Source: a virus. Taken from it: a stretch of DNA of 64,000 bases. The DNA lies in the IMG/VR virus record IMGVR_UViG_3300037137_001027, positions 32,001-96,000 of that record. One strand, 5' to 3'. Positions within the stretch are counted from its first letter, which is position 1. Each line of letters starts with the position of its first letter. Positions 32,020 through 44,087 of this stretch are shown piece by piece. The notes under the pieces are model-generated. The model was not told the origin of the DNA, did not search any database, and worked only from the letters and a program-made list of their open reading frames with translations. A program made the position numbers and the translations under genes.

Positions 32020-34253
32020 TTGAGGTTGTACTAATCCAGACAGGAGGAAACACAAATGCTTGACGCTTATTGCAAACTGCTCTACGGTATCGGCTCTTGC
32101 GACGATGGCGTTGAAACCGTCCTGTCCCCAAACGCTTTCGCTGGCCTGATCGACCTGACCCGCGCCGTCTATGGCGAACACGCTGCCGAAGTAGTTAAGA
32201 ATCAATTTCAAATGAACAAACAAGGCGGCTGGACCTGCCCTATGGAAGAAATCGAAGACGCCTTCCGCCTCTGCCTGACTGGAGTAGGCTAGTGAATCGC
32301 AGTAACTTCATCAACGTCGCTACCAACAGCAACGACGGCAGCAAAATTGCTTGGACCGACGAAGAATTGCTTGAAGCAATCGAAGTGCTGCAATGTCTTG
32401 TTGCCTATTTTAGCACAAGAAAAGAATGCCTAATCGCCCATGCGCTGCGACTGGAACTAATGAGCATGGAAGGATTTGCTAACGCTCGCAAATGGGTATG
32501 CAATGGCGATACCTGGCAAATTAGACGGAAGGACGGCACCCTTGTCTAAATACTACGCCTTCATCATTGCGCTTATAATCCCTTGCATCCTGGCAGCGGA
32601 ACAGCAACCGAATCATTACCTGGCCCCACTCCAGAAAGGCACCGAAATTACCTTTCGGGAAGCCCCTGGCGGCTACAAAATTACACTGCAATCCCCTGGC
32701 ACACACAAGGTTACAGCAATGGACCCCGATTTCGTGACCATTACCGATGCCGCTGGCGTTACAACCATCCGCATCGGTAAGAATGCGGTCCTGTCTATTA
32801 CCGAAATTAAGATACCAAAGAGGTAAAAACAATGTATCTTGTTCACGCAACCGCTCCCTTCCGTGGTGGTAACAAAGGCTGGGATTTCCGCGCTGATTAC
32901 TTCCCGCGTAAAGTTCACTATAAGAAGGAAGCGCTCGCCCTGGCTCAAGAGGCTAAGGCCAAAGGCGCTACCAACGTCAAGCTAGAGAAGATCAAGTAAT
33001 TGAGGTTGTACTAAGCTGGGCATGATAATCAAAACCACATCCCACCGATCAAGGGAAAAGCTAAAACAACTCCTGGGCTATATGCCCCAAGGTTATTTTA
33101 GCTTCTATAAGAACGGCGACTGGCGGGAAGTCCCCGATGATCGTTCGGAAGACGTTTTGAAAATCAAAGGTATCAGCCGTTCCAAACTGCCTGAAACAGC
33201 TAGACAATACATTGATTGGAGCTAAGAAATGGCTAACTGGCGTTATAAGATCGAATTGAACAAGGTTCTCACCGAAATGTCCGAGAAGCATGACCTCGAA
33301 CGACATGAGGCCCGCTGCCCAAAGGAAGTCAAGGAAGCTATCGCCAAGGAACTTGAAAAGGCTTGGCCGCTCAAGCGCTTCTGCGAAAAAATCCTTAATG
33401 CCAAGAGCATCGCCCAAGTCAATCGTATCTTGAAAAACGTCTGGAATGCCGCTGACCGTGAACTTGTCTGGTGCGGACTGTAACTCCATTTGTTAATTGC
33501 GGTTGTACTAATCAGGACATGGAGAATAAAATGAAACTCAATGAACTTGAACAAAAAGCAGTCGATCATATCCGCCACAACGCTACTCGCTACGGCACCA
33601 GCGGCGGCGGTATGTTTGACAATCCCAAAACCCACGAAGATAAACGAACCCGCAAGCTGCTCGATAATGGCGTAATTCTCTACGTCGGCTGCGGCTCCCG
33701 CACTGAAAGCGGCTGGATGGGCGGCGCTGGCCTGATCCCCGCCGATATGTTTGATGCCACCAAACATACCAAACTGTCCGTCGATAGGGATTCCAGCCTG
33801 AAAGTGGTTGAACAAAAGTGTAATAATTCCCTGGCAATGGTCTATCACGTTGTCCTCGATGGCATCACCATTGCCGAATGCCGCGACCCTTATTGGGCAA
33901 ACTATCTGGCAAAGGCTATCAAGGGAAATCGCTACACCTGATTTAGCCGAATCAAAGTAGCACACACACAAAAAGTTCTGCCCCACTACATAAAGAATAT
34001 GTATTGGATTGCACGATTCGGACCAATTGAAGTAGGCAGAGTTACCACCATCCCTGGCAACCTGCCCTACTTCGTTACAATTAACGCCGTCGCCGTTAAA
34101 CAACTATGCAGCACCCCACTACCCGAAACAGCCTTTATTAAATCATTCAGTGATTTTTATGCTGCCGAAGCCTACGCAACGTCCTTCTTCCCACTGGATA
34201 CCCAACCATTCATCGAATGGACCCAATTTAATTGAGGTTGTACTAATCCCAAT

Positions 34254-34568
34254 ATGATTACTACAGCAAACGCTCTGGATGCACTGAAAGATAAATTCAT
34301 CACCGACTGGCGAATGAAACTCTGTCGGGATGATAACCTGAAATGGAAGTCCCCCGTCGTCACCAGCGATAAGGTTTCTGTGTCCAACGAAACCTATGGT
34401 AAGACTTCATACCTGTACTTCCATGCCAAAACCGCTGAATTGGCCAAAGAAATTGCGGCAACCCTCCGCACCATCGGCGGCAAACCCAACTTCGGCTGGT
34501 GCGCATCTGACCCCACTTGCTTCGATTTACAAGTGTCCCGCTTCAACGGCTACCACTGGTGGGAATAA
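34254..34568 (+). CDS. hypothetical protein, probably leaderless
   Basis: ATG 9 nt after motif 34230. Confidence 0.7.
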   Translation: MITTANALDALKDKFITDWRMKLCRDDNLKWKSPVVTSDKVSVSNETYGKTSYLYFHAKTAELAKEIAATLRTIGGKPNFGWCASDPTCFDLQVSRFNGYHWWE

Positions 34569-35233
34569 TGAACTACAAAATCCTACTCGATGAAGCAAAA
34601 TTCGATGAATTTACTAACTTCCTCCCCGACCTGGAAGCCAACGAAGTCTATTACCTCTCCCTCTTCGCCCGACATAAATACTGTACCTCTGTCCCTAACA
34701 TAAAAGACAACCAACTCGCCCGCTTCACCAGCAGCAAAGAAACCCTGAAAGAACACATCCTTCGTCTGGAATGCTCCATCGGTGGCTATAAAAGAGAAGG
34801 AATTGACGTTCCCCAAGAAGCATTGGCGCTTTACATTGCCCTGAATCCCCGTAATATAGTTAAAGCAAATAAAGAACTTTTGGTCGAATTGGCTAAGTGC
34901 TTCGCGGAAGGAAAAGCCGATTTTAACCCGCTGTCCCTCGCCCGTACCGCTATCCACCACGCAACAAACCGTAAAGTCTTTGTAGACTTTGATTATGATT
35001 TTATCGCTCCAGAAACCCATTTGCCCAAAATTAAGGAAGTTTTACCAGATAACGCATTCAAAATCCTTAAAACAAGAGGCGGCTTCCACATCCTAGTCCT
35101 ACTCGCTAATGCTCCTAAAACCAACTGGTTCAAAGCACTAAGCAACCTAGAAGGCTGTGACGTTAAAGGTAGTAATACCCTTATTCCCGTCCCTGGCTGT
35201 ACCCAAGGCGGATTCACCCCTTACCTGGAGTAA
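34568..35233 (+). CDS. hypothetical, AEP primase-polymerase-like motifs
   Basis: VDFDYD and KTRGGFH. Confidence 0.5.
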   Translation: MNYKILLDEAKFDEFTNFLPDLEANEVYYLSLFARHKYCTSVPNIKDNQLARFTSSKETLKEHILRLECSIGGYKREGIDVPQEALALYIALNPRNIVKANKELLVELAKCFAEGKADFNPLSLARTAIHHATNRKVFVDFDYDFIAPETHLPKIKEVLPDNAFKILKTRGGFHILVLLANAPKTNWFKALSNLEGCDVKGSNTLIPVPGCTQGGFTPYLE

Positions 35234-35963
35234 AATATGCCGACGAATAACCCCACTGGTTACGAAACCTATGTCTACGATCATAGACAATACCCCCACG
35301 CCAACTATGATGGCGCTATCTACGAAAGTCGCCAACATGCCAACGCGCCGCTCCATGACCCGAAATCCCTCCCTAAACCTGAATGCGATAACGATTCCCT
35401 ACCCCGCGTCATGGTCGAACCATGCTACGCCAGCCGCTCCAACGATGTTTGGCTCTATTTCAGGGAAGGTCATAGCATCATGCTCCCCCGCATCATGGCC
35501 GAACAACTAAGAGATGCCCTAATCAAAGTCTGCGAGAAACCTAAACAAGAAAAAACAACATGGGAAACCCAATAAGTAAGGTTGTACTAATAACAATATG
35601 AACACCAAATACCCACTACTCGACGCCGAAGCAAAACGCATCGCCTCCGATACCTGCAAGGCTATTAACCTAGCCTCCCAAAACACCCAAGATGAAGGTA
35701 TGCCCTATAAGGCCCAATATATCTTGGAAGAGGTTATTAAAATCCTGAAGGAGAAGGTCTAAATGTCCCGTAAAGACGCAATCCGTGCGCTCGCCAAGGA
35801 TTTTATCAAATTCGTCACCAAAGAAGATGATAAAACTGGCGCACTCAACGCCTGGAACCTTAAACTCCAAGAAGACCTCGCAAAACAAATTAAATACGAA
35901 TTGGAAGAACAACTCCCCAAAGAAGACCTATGATTAAACAATCGAGGTTGTACTAATCAAAAC

Positions 35964-36413
35964 ATGGACACCAACATCGCTGTATCACTGGCCCGCCAAC
36001 TAATGATCGACCACGGTTTGGGCCACTGGTCCTTTGAATTCGACCGCGCCAAACGCCGCGCTGGTTGCTGCAAACACCGTAGCTCAATAATTAGCCTGAG
36101 CTATGTCTACACCACCCGTAATAGCGAACCCGAAGTCAAAGATACCATCCTGCACGAAATTGCCCATGCCCTCGCTGGCCCAAAACAAGGCCACAATAAC
36201 GTCTGGAAAACTATCTGTCGCAGAATCGGCGCTAAACCCGTTCGCTGCTATAGCGCTGATACTGTCGATATGCCCAAAGGTCGCTGGAAAGCACAATGTA
36301 ATTCTTGTAAAAAGGAATTCCATGCCCACCGTCGCCCTAAAAACCACATGAATCGCTATTGTACCCGCTGTGGCCCCGTCAACGGCGCAATCACCTTCAA
36401 ACAAGGATACTAA
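35964..36413 (+). CDS. SprT-like zinc metalloprotease
   Basis: RRAGCC, TILHEIAHA, H...WK, CxxC...CxxC. Confidence 0.9.
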   Translation: MDTNIAVSLARQLMIDHGLGHWSFEFDRAKRRAGCCKHRSSIISLSYVYTTRNSEPEVKDTILHEIAHALAGPKQGHNNVWKTICRRIGAKPVRCYSADTVDMPKGRWKAQCNSCKKEFHAHRRPKNHMNRYCTRCGPVNGAITFKQGY

Positions 36414-36880
36414 ACATGACCGAATCCATCTTCTTCACCGTTATTAACCCCCATACCGAAGAAGAAACCAGAATCAATATCTCTATTAACCCCGAAGAAA
36501 AAATCTTCGCGGTTAATAATATCCTAATCGACCCCCAACAACTGGCCGAACTAGGAATGCTCCTGTTCGCCCTGGCTAACCAACACGGTCAACCTGACCT
36601 GGACTCCTGCAACGAACTACTCTACGGCTTTGATATTCCACTCCCTATCAAGGCGCTCAAAGAGGTTATCGACATAGAAAAGGAAGTTGCATGAAATTCT
36701 TCGATCTTAAAATTCGTATTAGCTCCAATTACCAAACAGAAAAAGAGGTAATGGAGAAGTTTGGAGAATGGCTCGCTGCCACTAAAGGTATCAAAACCTC
36801 TCTTTGGCAAGGTAATTCCTGCATCGTTGAACTTGGCGTTACGCAACTGTCCGAAAAGAATGCGTCAATCGGAGCAAACC

Positions 36881-37294
36881 ATGAAAATTGACCCACGCTT
36901 TAAGGATACTGAATTCGTTGTCGAAGCCGATTCCTTCGCCCGTCTTGCCCTGTGGGAACGCTTCTCCACCGAAGCACTACATAAAACCGAATTGAATACC
37001 ATTAACTGGCAACAAGACTCTATGGGAACCTGCTACCAAGTCGGCTCCCTAGATAATCGACCAGTTAATATCGACTTCGTTTGGGCCAAACTCAATAACC
37101 ATTTAATCCTCTTTTACCACGCCTGCTCCCAAGTAGTCGATCATAAAATGGTCGAAAATTGGATTGAAAAATACTGTAACCCCCAACATAACGAACGCCG
37201 CTCCCATTGTGATGCTAATAACTTCGCTCATGCTATTAGCTATATCTCCAACTTCGCTGGCTGGGAACCTACCGCTCCCGCCAGTAAAGCCTGA
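36881..37294 (+). CDS. hypothetical protein
   Basis: GGAG RBS, 137 aa. Confidence 0.7.
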   Translation: MKIDPRFKDTEFVVEADSFARLALWERFSTEALHKTELNTINWQQDSMGTCYQVGSLDNRPVNIDFVWAKLNNHLILFYHACSQVVDHKMVENWIEKYCNPQHNERRSHCDANNFAHAISYISNFAGWEPTAPASKA

Positions 37295-38867
37295 GACGCT
37301 CTAAATAATATCGGTAATCAAATAACCGATTATTAACCACCCTGTTATGACGCCGATATAACCAAAAATTAAAGTATGACACATCCTATCTATCACCAGC
37401 GGAATCTATTCACCTATCTATTCACCAATTTCCGCAAACCCCATGAAATCAAGCGTTTAGGGCAAAAGAATCTATTCATCTTGTCAGAAAAACACCCCCA
37501 CTTTCCTGACAAACCCAAAGAATTGCGGTTGTACTAATAGAAGCATGAACACCAAACTTAAAACTGGCTCAATCATCCTGGTCCACGGCTGGATTATGAC
37601 CAAAGGACTAGACGGCGGGCAGAAATACCGCGTCCAATCAATGCCAGACCACCACGGCATCCCTACCTACCAGTTTACTAAGGCAAAAGGTAAGAAACTC
37701 GTCGCTCGACATTACATTGGCGATATTGATGTTTGGATTAGGACAAAAGATCATCCCGACCTGAACCGAATTGAAATACTTGACGCCACCCCACAAACAA
37801 AGTAAAATCTCATACATACCATAAGAGGTGTAACCCATGAATTTCAAAGTGCAACGCGCTGGACTCCAAGGCGATAAATGGCAAACTGTCTGCACCAACC
37901 CTAATCAGGATTATGCCGAAGAAATCTACCAGAAACAATTGGTCATGTACTCCATCGGGCGCTTCCGCCTCCTTGACCCCGATGATAAAGTAATCAAAGA
38001 AGGTAAAGCCGCTCCACTGTTCAGTAGGAACTAATCCCATGACCTGGACCTACAAAAATGTCACCGTCTTTCCCGCTCCCCTAAATGGCTCTGGCATTCG
38101 CTGGACCGCTAATTGTGGTGTCGGCTATTCGCTCCGTGCAGACTCAAAAAGTGAAATGCGAAAACTTATTAACGCCCTGCCAAATGAGGAATAAACATGA
38201 TCGAACTCCCTACCGAACTTACCGTAGAACAACTCGAAGTCACCTGGCTTAATATAAATGGACCTGTAAATGTTATAGCCAAACTTAGCCAGTGGATGTA
38301 TGAAAATAAATGCTCCCCTATCTGGGACTGCGCTGGCTCCGCTGGCCCCTGGTTTATTAAAATGGCCTTCCAACCAAATAAAGCTACCCAAGTCCTGGCC
38401 AAAATTAAGGAAATGATAGAGCAAAATAATGTAGTACCTAAGTCCTGAATAGGAAAGAACTTAGGAAGTCACCCACTTTTTCCCATTCCGACCCACTAAA
38501 TAAGGGGTCTAACCACTTTTCTATAGAGTTAATTTCTTATACTCCACGGAAAAGATTTCATAATCATAAACATAGTGTGCATATGCACTTATGGCGATGT
38601 GAAAAGATTTCAAATACACATAACGGTGTAATTAGAGGACAATTAGTTGTGTACTTTGTGATGCGGGCGTGTGTATAATGGGCATATAACGTGTGTATAA
38701 ATGCGCCTTATATGCGTGTCTAAATGGGCATATAAATGTGTGATGCGTGTATGTGATGCGTGTATGTGCGTCCACGCCCGCGTGAGGGGTAAGCCTAGAT
38801 GGGACAAGTTTTTTTGTTGGGTAAATTTTAGGAATTGAGGTTGTACTAATTGGAAGTGTTGGGAAAA

Positions 38868-38903
38868 CAAATAAGCCAGGCAAAACTATGCCTGGCTTAT
38901 TTG
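38868..38903 (+). terminator. 15-bp perfect inverted repeat
   Basis: CAAATAAGCCAGGCA-aaacta-TGCCTGGCTTATTTG. Confidence 0.7.
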
Positions 38904-39386
38904 ACCCAAACCAAAAAGGTTTTTCGTGGTATCCACCACCTTATTTTTAACCCAAAATAAGGAAAGGGATTTATCTGATTTGCACCTGGAAGGTGTATTG
39001 TAGGCAAATTAGGATAGCAAGTTGTTTAGACTTGCTATCCTGTACCGCACAAGTGTCGCCCAGTCACTTGCTTGGTACTACTACTTTACACCAATAACCC
39101 CCAAAGTAAAGAAGAAAAAAAAGAATTCAAGAGTTCCACATCCAAGAGATACGCTGAACGGCCTCCATTTCTTTCCTCCAAATTATTATTTCCCCCAAGT
39201 GCATATGCAGCTTATGCTTATGCACAAAAGAATTTGATCTCTTGTGATGAGTGCGTGTTATGTGCGCTCGCGTGGGGGTGTAAGTGAGTTCGCGTGGCGG
39301 CTAGAAAATTATTTTCCCTAAGTCGTTATGGCTGTAGGGGAAGAAACTTGCGAAATAGTCGGACAAGTAAGGATTCTAGCCGTTAA

Positions 39387-39481
39387 GGTGGCTGCCTGAG
39401 TTCAGGAAATTTTGATTTATGGCACGTCCTGGTGGCTGCCTGAGTTCAGGAAATTTTGATTTATGGCACGTCCTGGTGGCT
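39387..39481 (+). repeat. 44-bp tandem direct repeat (2 copies + partial)
   Basis: GGTGGCTGCCTGAGTTCAGGAAATTTTGATTTATGGCACGTCCT at 39387 and 39431. Confidence 0.95.
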
Positions 39482-39738
39482 TGCCATAAGTGTTGTTGGC
39501 TGTAGGAGATAAGGGAGATGGGTGAATGGACAGTGGATACTGTTGGTGGGTTTGCTGGGGGTTGTTGGGGATGAGTGCCGAACTGGGGAATTTGAGGTTG
39601 TACTGAATTTTGGCATGGCGAAGCTACGAACACAGCTAAGGGGGTATACGGGTTATGACCAGCGACCATCCATTTTTGATTTTGGCTAAACTGTAGGAAA
39701 GTCTAGTTTGGCCAAATTGAGGTTGTACTAATTCGGTC

Positions 39739-40152
39739 GTGGCGAACCGAACTTTAGGGGGGATTGCAATGGTTGCTTCACAGTGGGGTTGCGAGTGTCA
39801 GCGTTATTTCATTCAAACTGACGAGGTGAATAAGAAAGGAAACGCAAAAAGTATTCCCGTTGAGGTGCGGAAGATGCACATTCGCGGTTCGTTTCTTTTT
39901 ACCGATTATTTCCGCGTTGTCTTGGTCAAGCGGAAGGCGGGCAACATCTATTCGGTGAAGCAGCGAAAGAAGCCAGAGCGGGCATGGTGGGATAAGACGC
40001 CGATCAAGGATGAAGATTGCAAAATGGTGAAGGAGGGCAGCTATACACGCGAACAGTTTCTTGCGTGGTTGGTGCATTACGTTCCGAACCCGATGGGGGC
40101 TTGCGTGGAACTGGAAACTTGTCCACCTGATGTGGAGGTGGCGGCGGCTTAA
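39739..40152 (+). CDS. hypothetical protein
   Basis: follows motif 39715; ends VAAA. Confidence 0.7.
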   Translation: MANRTLGGIAMVASQWGCECQRYFIQTDEVNKKGNAKSIPVEVRKMHIRGSFLFTDYFRVVLVKRKAGNIYSVKQRKKPERAWWDKTPIKDEDCKMVKEGSYTREQFLAWLVHYVPNPMGACVELETCPPDVEVAAA

Positions 40153-40282
40153 TTTTGTCTAAGAATTCCCTTACCAATCCCGTTATTTGGGGTAAAGTAG
40201 GGGAGTTCTAGTTTAGGCAAGAATTGAGGTTGTACTAAACCTAGCACAAGGGAATTCACTCAAACCAAGAAAGAGGTGGACT

Positions 40283-41311
40283 ATGGACGCTGTTGAGACG
40301 ATGGGTTATGTTGGTGCGACTCCTTGGCACGGCAAGGGCAAGTCGGTTACGAATGAGGATGCCATGTACAACAGCAAGTTGTTCGTGGCGGAATGCGGTT
40401 TGAATTGGGAAGCGGAGAAGCGGCAGTTGTATCGTACCCGCGTCGGCGGTGATGGTGCATCGGTCTACGAACCCGCGTCGGCGTGGGAAGTGGTCCGCAA
40501 GAGCGATGGTCACGTTCTGGCCGACATGGTAGGCGAGCGGTATACCATTCTCCAGAACGAGGAAGCGTTCGCGTGGTTCCAGGGCTGGCTTGATGCCAAG
40601 GAAGCGGCGTTGCATACGGGCGGCGCGTTGTTCGGTGGTTCCCGCATTTGGGCGCTTGCCAAGTTGAACCGTGATCCTATGGAAATCGCTGCTGGCGATA
40701 TTGTGGAGAAGTACGTTCTTCTCTCCCATAGCCACGACGGTTCCCTTGCGGTGCGCGTCGGTTTCACCCCGATTCGCGTGGTTTGCTGGAACACGTTGAG
40801 CATGGCGAATAAGTCGGATGCTTCCAAGCTCATCCGCCTGAAGCATTCCAAGAATGTCCATCAGAACTTGGACAACTTGCGGGATGTGATGAACCTTGTC
40901 AATCAGGACTTCGAGGCGACGGCGGAACAATACCGTCTGTTGCAGCGCAAGTCCATCAATCAGAACGACTTGCGTAAGTACGTCAAGCGAGTTCTGAAGG
41001 TGGACGCGGAGGACAGCGTTATTTGGACGGGTTCGGCCCGCAGCAAGGAAATGAAGGAAGTGGTTTCCGAGCGGGAAAAGAACACTCTGGACAAAGTGAT
41101 TGGCCTTTGCGAATCGGGCAAGGGTAACAATCTACCGTCCGTGCGTGGTACTTACTGGTCCGCTTACAATGGCGTGACGGAGTATCTGAGCTACGTCAAG
41201 GGACGGAACGAAGATAACCGTCTGAACGCCTTGTGGTTCGGTACGAACGCGACGACGAACAGGGATGCGTTGTCCGTCGCGGTGGATATGGCGAGCGGCA
41301 TGGCCGTCTAA
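40283..41311 (+). CDS. DUF932 (LGT_TIGR03299-like) phage/plasmid protein
   Basis: TPWHGKG, YTILQNEEAF, SHSHDGS, TPIRVVCWNT, GTYWSAYNGVTEY. Confidence 0.9.
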   Translation: MDAVETMGYVGATPWHGKGKSVTNEDAMYNSKLFVAECGLNWEAEKRQLYRTRVGGDGASVYEPASAWEVVRKSDGHVLADMVGERYTILQNEEAFAWFQGWLDAKEAALHTGGALFGGSRIWALAKLNRDPMEIAAGDIVEKYVLLSHSHDGSLAVRVGFTPIRVVCWNTLSMANKSDASKLIRLKHSKNVHQNLDNLRDVMNLVNQDFEATAEQYRLLQRKSINQNDLRKYVKRVLKVDAEDSVIWTGSARSKEMKEVVSEREKNTLDKVIGLCESGKGNNLPSVRGTYWSAYNGVTEYLSYVKGRNEDNRLNALWFGTNATTNRDALSVAVDMASGMAV

Positions 41312-41318
41312 GGCTATA

Positions 41319-41353
41319 AGGAAGGGGGGAGAAATCCCCCCTTCCTCTTTTTT
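41319..41353 (+). terminator. intrinsic terminator
   Basis: AGGAAGGGGG/CCCCCTTCCT stem followed by T-tract. Confidence 0.85.
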
Positions 41354-41523
41354 TGTCTTATAGGTTTATAGAGGTTGTACTAAACCTATCATGGACGAAC
41401 GGCTTTTTTGTGAATGGGAGAATGGGTCTTACGTCAATTCTCTTATGGGCGGCGACCGCTTCTTAGAGGATTTGATGGAATTGGTACGGGAGTATGGTCC
41501 ACCGATCAAGGTGGAAATCCGTG

Positions 41524-41659
41524 GGGCTAGTATGGTTTCGACAGCGGCCCAAGTGACAGGCTAGACCGTGGTAGGTCGGACCCGAAAACATGCCTAAAAA
41601 CAAAGTAGGGTGTCTGTTAGCAAGTCGTCTGGACCTGGGTTCAATTCCCAGCTAGTCCA
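41524..41659 (+). ncRNA. miniature tmRNA-like RNA (tRNA-like domain, no tag region)
   Basis: GGGCTAG/CTAGTCC-A acceptor with G3-U; TATGGTTTCGAC; GGAC-CTGGG-TTCAATT-CCCAG T-arm; helix 2; only 136 nt. Confidence 0.8.
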
Positions 41660-42641
41660 ATTGAGGTTGTACTAAAGGAGGCACTATGAAACACGAAGCG
41701 AGCGACTGGATTGTGTCTCACTGGATTGGCAAGAGTGTGCGGCAGGCTTGCGGTTCCGAAGACTGCGTAGGCAGGGTTGGAACGGTGGAAGAAACCATGT
41801 GGGATGAGAATGGTGCATTGCATTGCCGCATGGTGCATAATTCTGCGCACGGTATGACTTCGGAGTGGTGGTGTCCCGCACTGTTACTGGAGATAAACTA
41901 ATGGAAAGTTTGACGGCGCTCATTGAAGAGTATCGGGACCACAAGCGTATGCACTGTATGGAAGGTTCTCGCGGTGTCGAGAATCTTTGCAAGCTGGTGC
42001 GGGCGCTGGGCTACCGCGATTCCATGAACCGTATGCAATTCCGCGACGGTTGTTTGGGCGACCTGTTGGAATTCCTTGAAGACAATTCAGGCGCAATTGA
42101 AGCTATTGTAACTTGGATTGGCGAGCGGGAAATTCCCGAATGGAAGGAAGCCATTGAATCGGAATTACCCGAACGCGGTACTTGTCCCGCTTGCGGCGAA
42201 CCGTTGCAGGATGATGTTTGCCAGAACACGGACTGCGATAGTTAAGGTTGTACTGAATTCGTTCAAGGGGGGAATGAAGATGGATATGCCTGCGTGGTCG
42301 AATTACGGGGATTACAAGTCGGACAACTACGGTGCGCATACCTTGCGTTTCGATGTTGGTCCCTATACCTTCTGGTATTCGTATAAGACTCTGGTAGCAT
42401 TTCGTGCGCCAGAGCATCCCCGCGTGGTTTGCCAGAATGTTTGGACGCGAACGACTGGCAAGCATTTGAACATGATTGACGGTGGCGCTTACAATGAGCG
42501 GGTGGACGCTGATACGTTTGCGCGGCTTGTCAAGGATTTGCTGGCCCCGCACTTTGCTAATGTAGCTTAGTGCGGTGGTTGGGAATTGAGGTTGTACTAA
42601 TTGAGTTGTTCCGACACTTTCACCAAAAGGGGAGAACACAC

Positions 42642-43376
42642 ATGGCGAAGAAACAAGATCGTCCGCAAATTCCCGTCCCAGCGGCTTTGCTGCCGTCGTT
42701 TGAGCGGTTTGCTTACGCCAAGCAAATTTGTGAGAAGGCGGAAGCCCGCATGACGGCGGAAGAGGGTTTGCTCAAGAGTACGCTGATTGATTCGTTTGCG
42801 GATAGCTTGAGCAAGATGCGGTGCAAGCCTTCAAACCCGCGCCTGATCGTCTACAAGGATGGCAAGCCCGATATTGAGGGTTTGTTCCAGGTTCAGGCAA
42901 AGTTCTACCCGCAAGCGGACCCCGAATGCCAGGGCAACGCACAAGAGAAGCTGGTATCGGCGCTAATGAAGGCGGGGCTGGCGCATGACGTGGCGGAAAA
43001 CCTTGTGAAGAACGAGGTTGCGTGCGAAGACAAGACCACTATCCGTCCGTTCAGTGAGCTTATCAACGGCGCGCCTGTTGAGCAAGCGCTGGCGGAAAAG
43101 CTGATGAGGTTGCTGCTGGCGAATTTCACGGATGATGAGCGGCGCTTGATGCTTGCTCCCGTGGAGAAGTACGAAATCAAGGATGGTTTCTTCGAGCGGT
43201 TGGCCATGTACGTTCCGACGAAGGAAGGTATCTTGGCCTGTATCAAGGTATTGCGTCCCGTCCACTTCCTGTCACATCTCAAGGTGGGCGTGGGTGAGAG
43301 TCCGATGGGCGTGTTGAATCGGCTCTATATGTTCACCAAGGATTTGCTCTTTGGTGCTGAGACGAAAGCGGCGTAG
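42642..43376 (+). CDS. hypothetical protein
   Basis: GGAG RBS after motif 42584; terminator-like hairpin at 43393-43423. Confidence 0.75.
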   Translation: MAKKQDRPQIPVPAALLPSFERFAYAKQICEKAEARMTAEEGLLKSTLIDSFADSLSKMRCKPSNPRLIVYKDGKPDIEGLFQVQAKFYPQADPECQGNAQEKLVSALMKAGLAHDVAENLVKNEVACEDKTTIRPFSELINGAPVEQALAEKLMRLLLANFTDDERRLMLAPVEKYEIKDGFFERLAMYVPTKEGILACIKVLRPVHFLSHLKVGVGESPMGVLNRLYMFTKDLLFGAETKAA

Positions 43377-44087
43377 TCCTCCCTTGTTCGGAGGGGTAGC
43401 TCGTTCTGAGCTACCCCTTTTTTATGCGCCTGTAATTAAGGTTGTACTAATTAGAGCAGGAGGGACAAACATGAAAGCCTTTGTGTGTAAGCCGCAGGGA
43501 TTGGGGATTTTTGTAACAGGGGAATATAAGACCCTGAAGAATCTCATTCGGTATGGCGTAAAGCCTTACATCAAAGAAACGGTCGAGGTAGAAGTGTTCC
43601 ACAATTGGGACAATCGTTACAAGGCACCTGACAAGGTTGTGACGGTTCGGCCTTAATTGCGGTTGTACTGAACAAGGCACAAGGGGAAACAAATGGACGT
43701 TGAAATGAGCGATGGGGGCTGCCTGGAGTTTCCTGAAGACGACGGGACGATTCGACGCCGTGACGTTCACGGTAATTGCGAAGAGATTCGTCGTCCAGAA
43801 GACGACGGGTGGAAGGAATGGGCAGACCTATTTCCTAACTACAAGGAATATACGGTCGAGTTTGAGGTTCGTTTCGTTACGAAGATACGGTGCAAGTTGG
43901 AAGACTTGCCCGACTTGGTATCGGACGTGAACATTCCCGAAGACGACGACGTGACGTATGTTCCTGATAGTTTCGAGGTGTTCAGCATCGAGGACGCGGA
44001 CGGCAAGGAAGTAGAAGTCCCCTAATTGCGGTTGTACTAAACAGCATGTAAACAAGTTTCTTTTCTTTTAAGGGAGGTTTTAGTCTC

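Larger units (their letters stand above)
38450..39715. other. non-coding region, candidate replication origin
   Basis: C-rich to G/T-rich switch on + strand; hairpins, tandem repeats, alternating purine-pyrimidine tracts. Confidence 0.55.

Noticed and set aside
41524-41659. Ordinary tRNA-Ala or attP remnant
   Set aside because: No D-stem or anticodon arm, and both paired tmRNA ends are present rather than just a 3' fragment.
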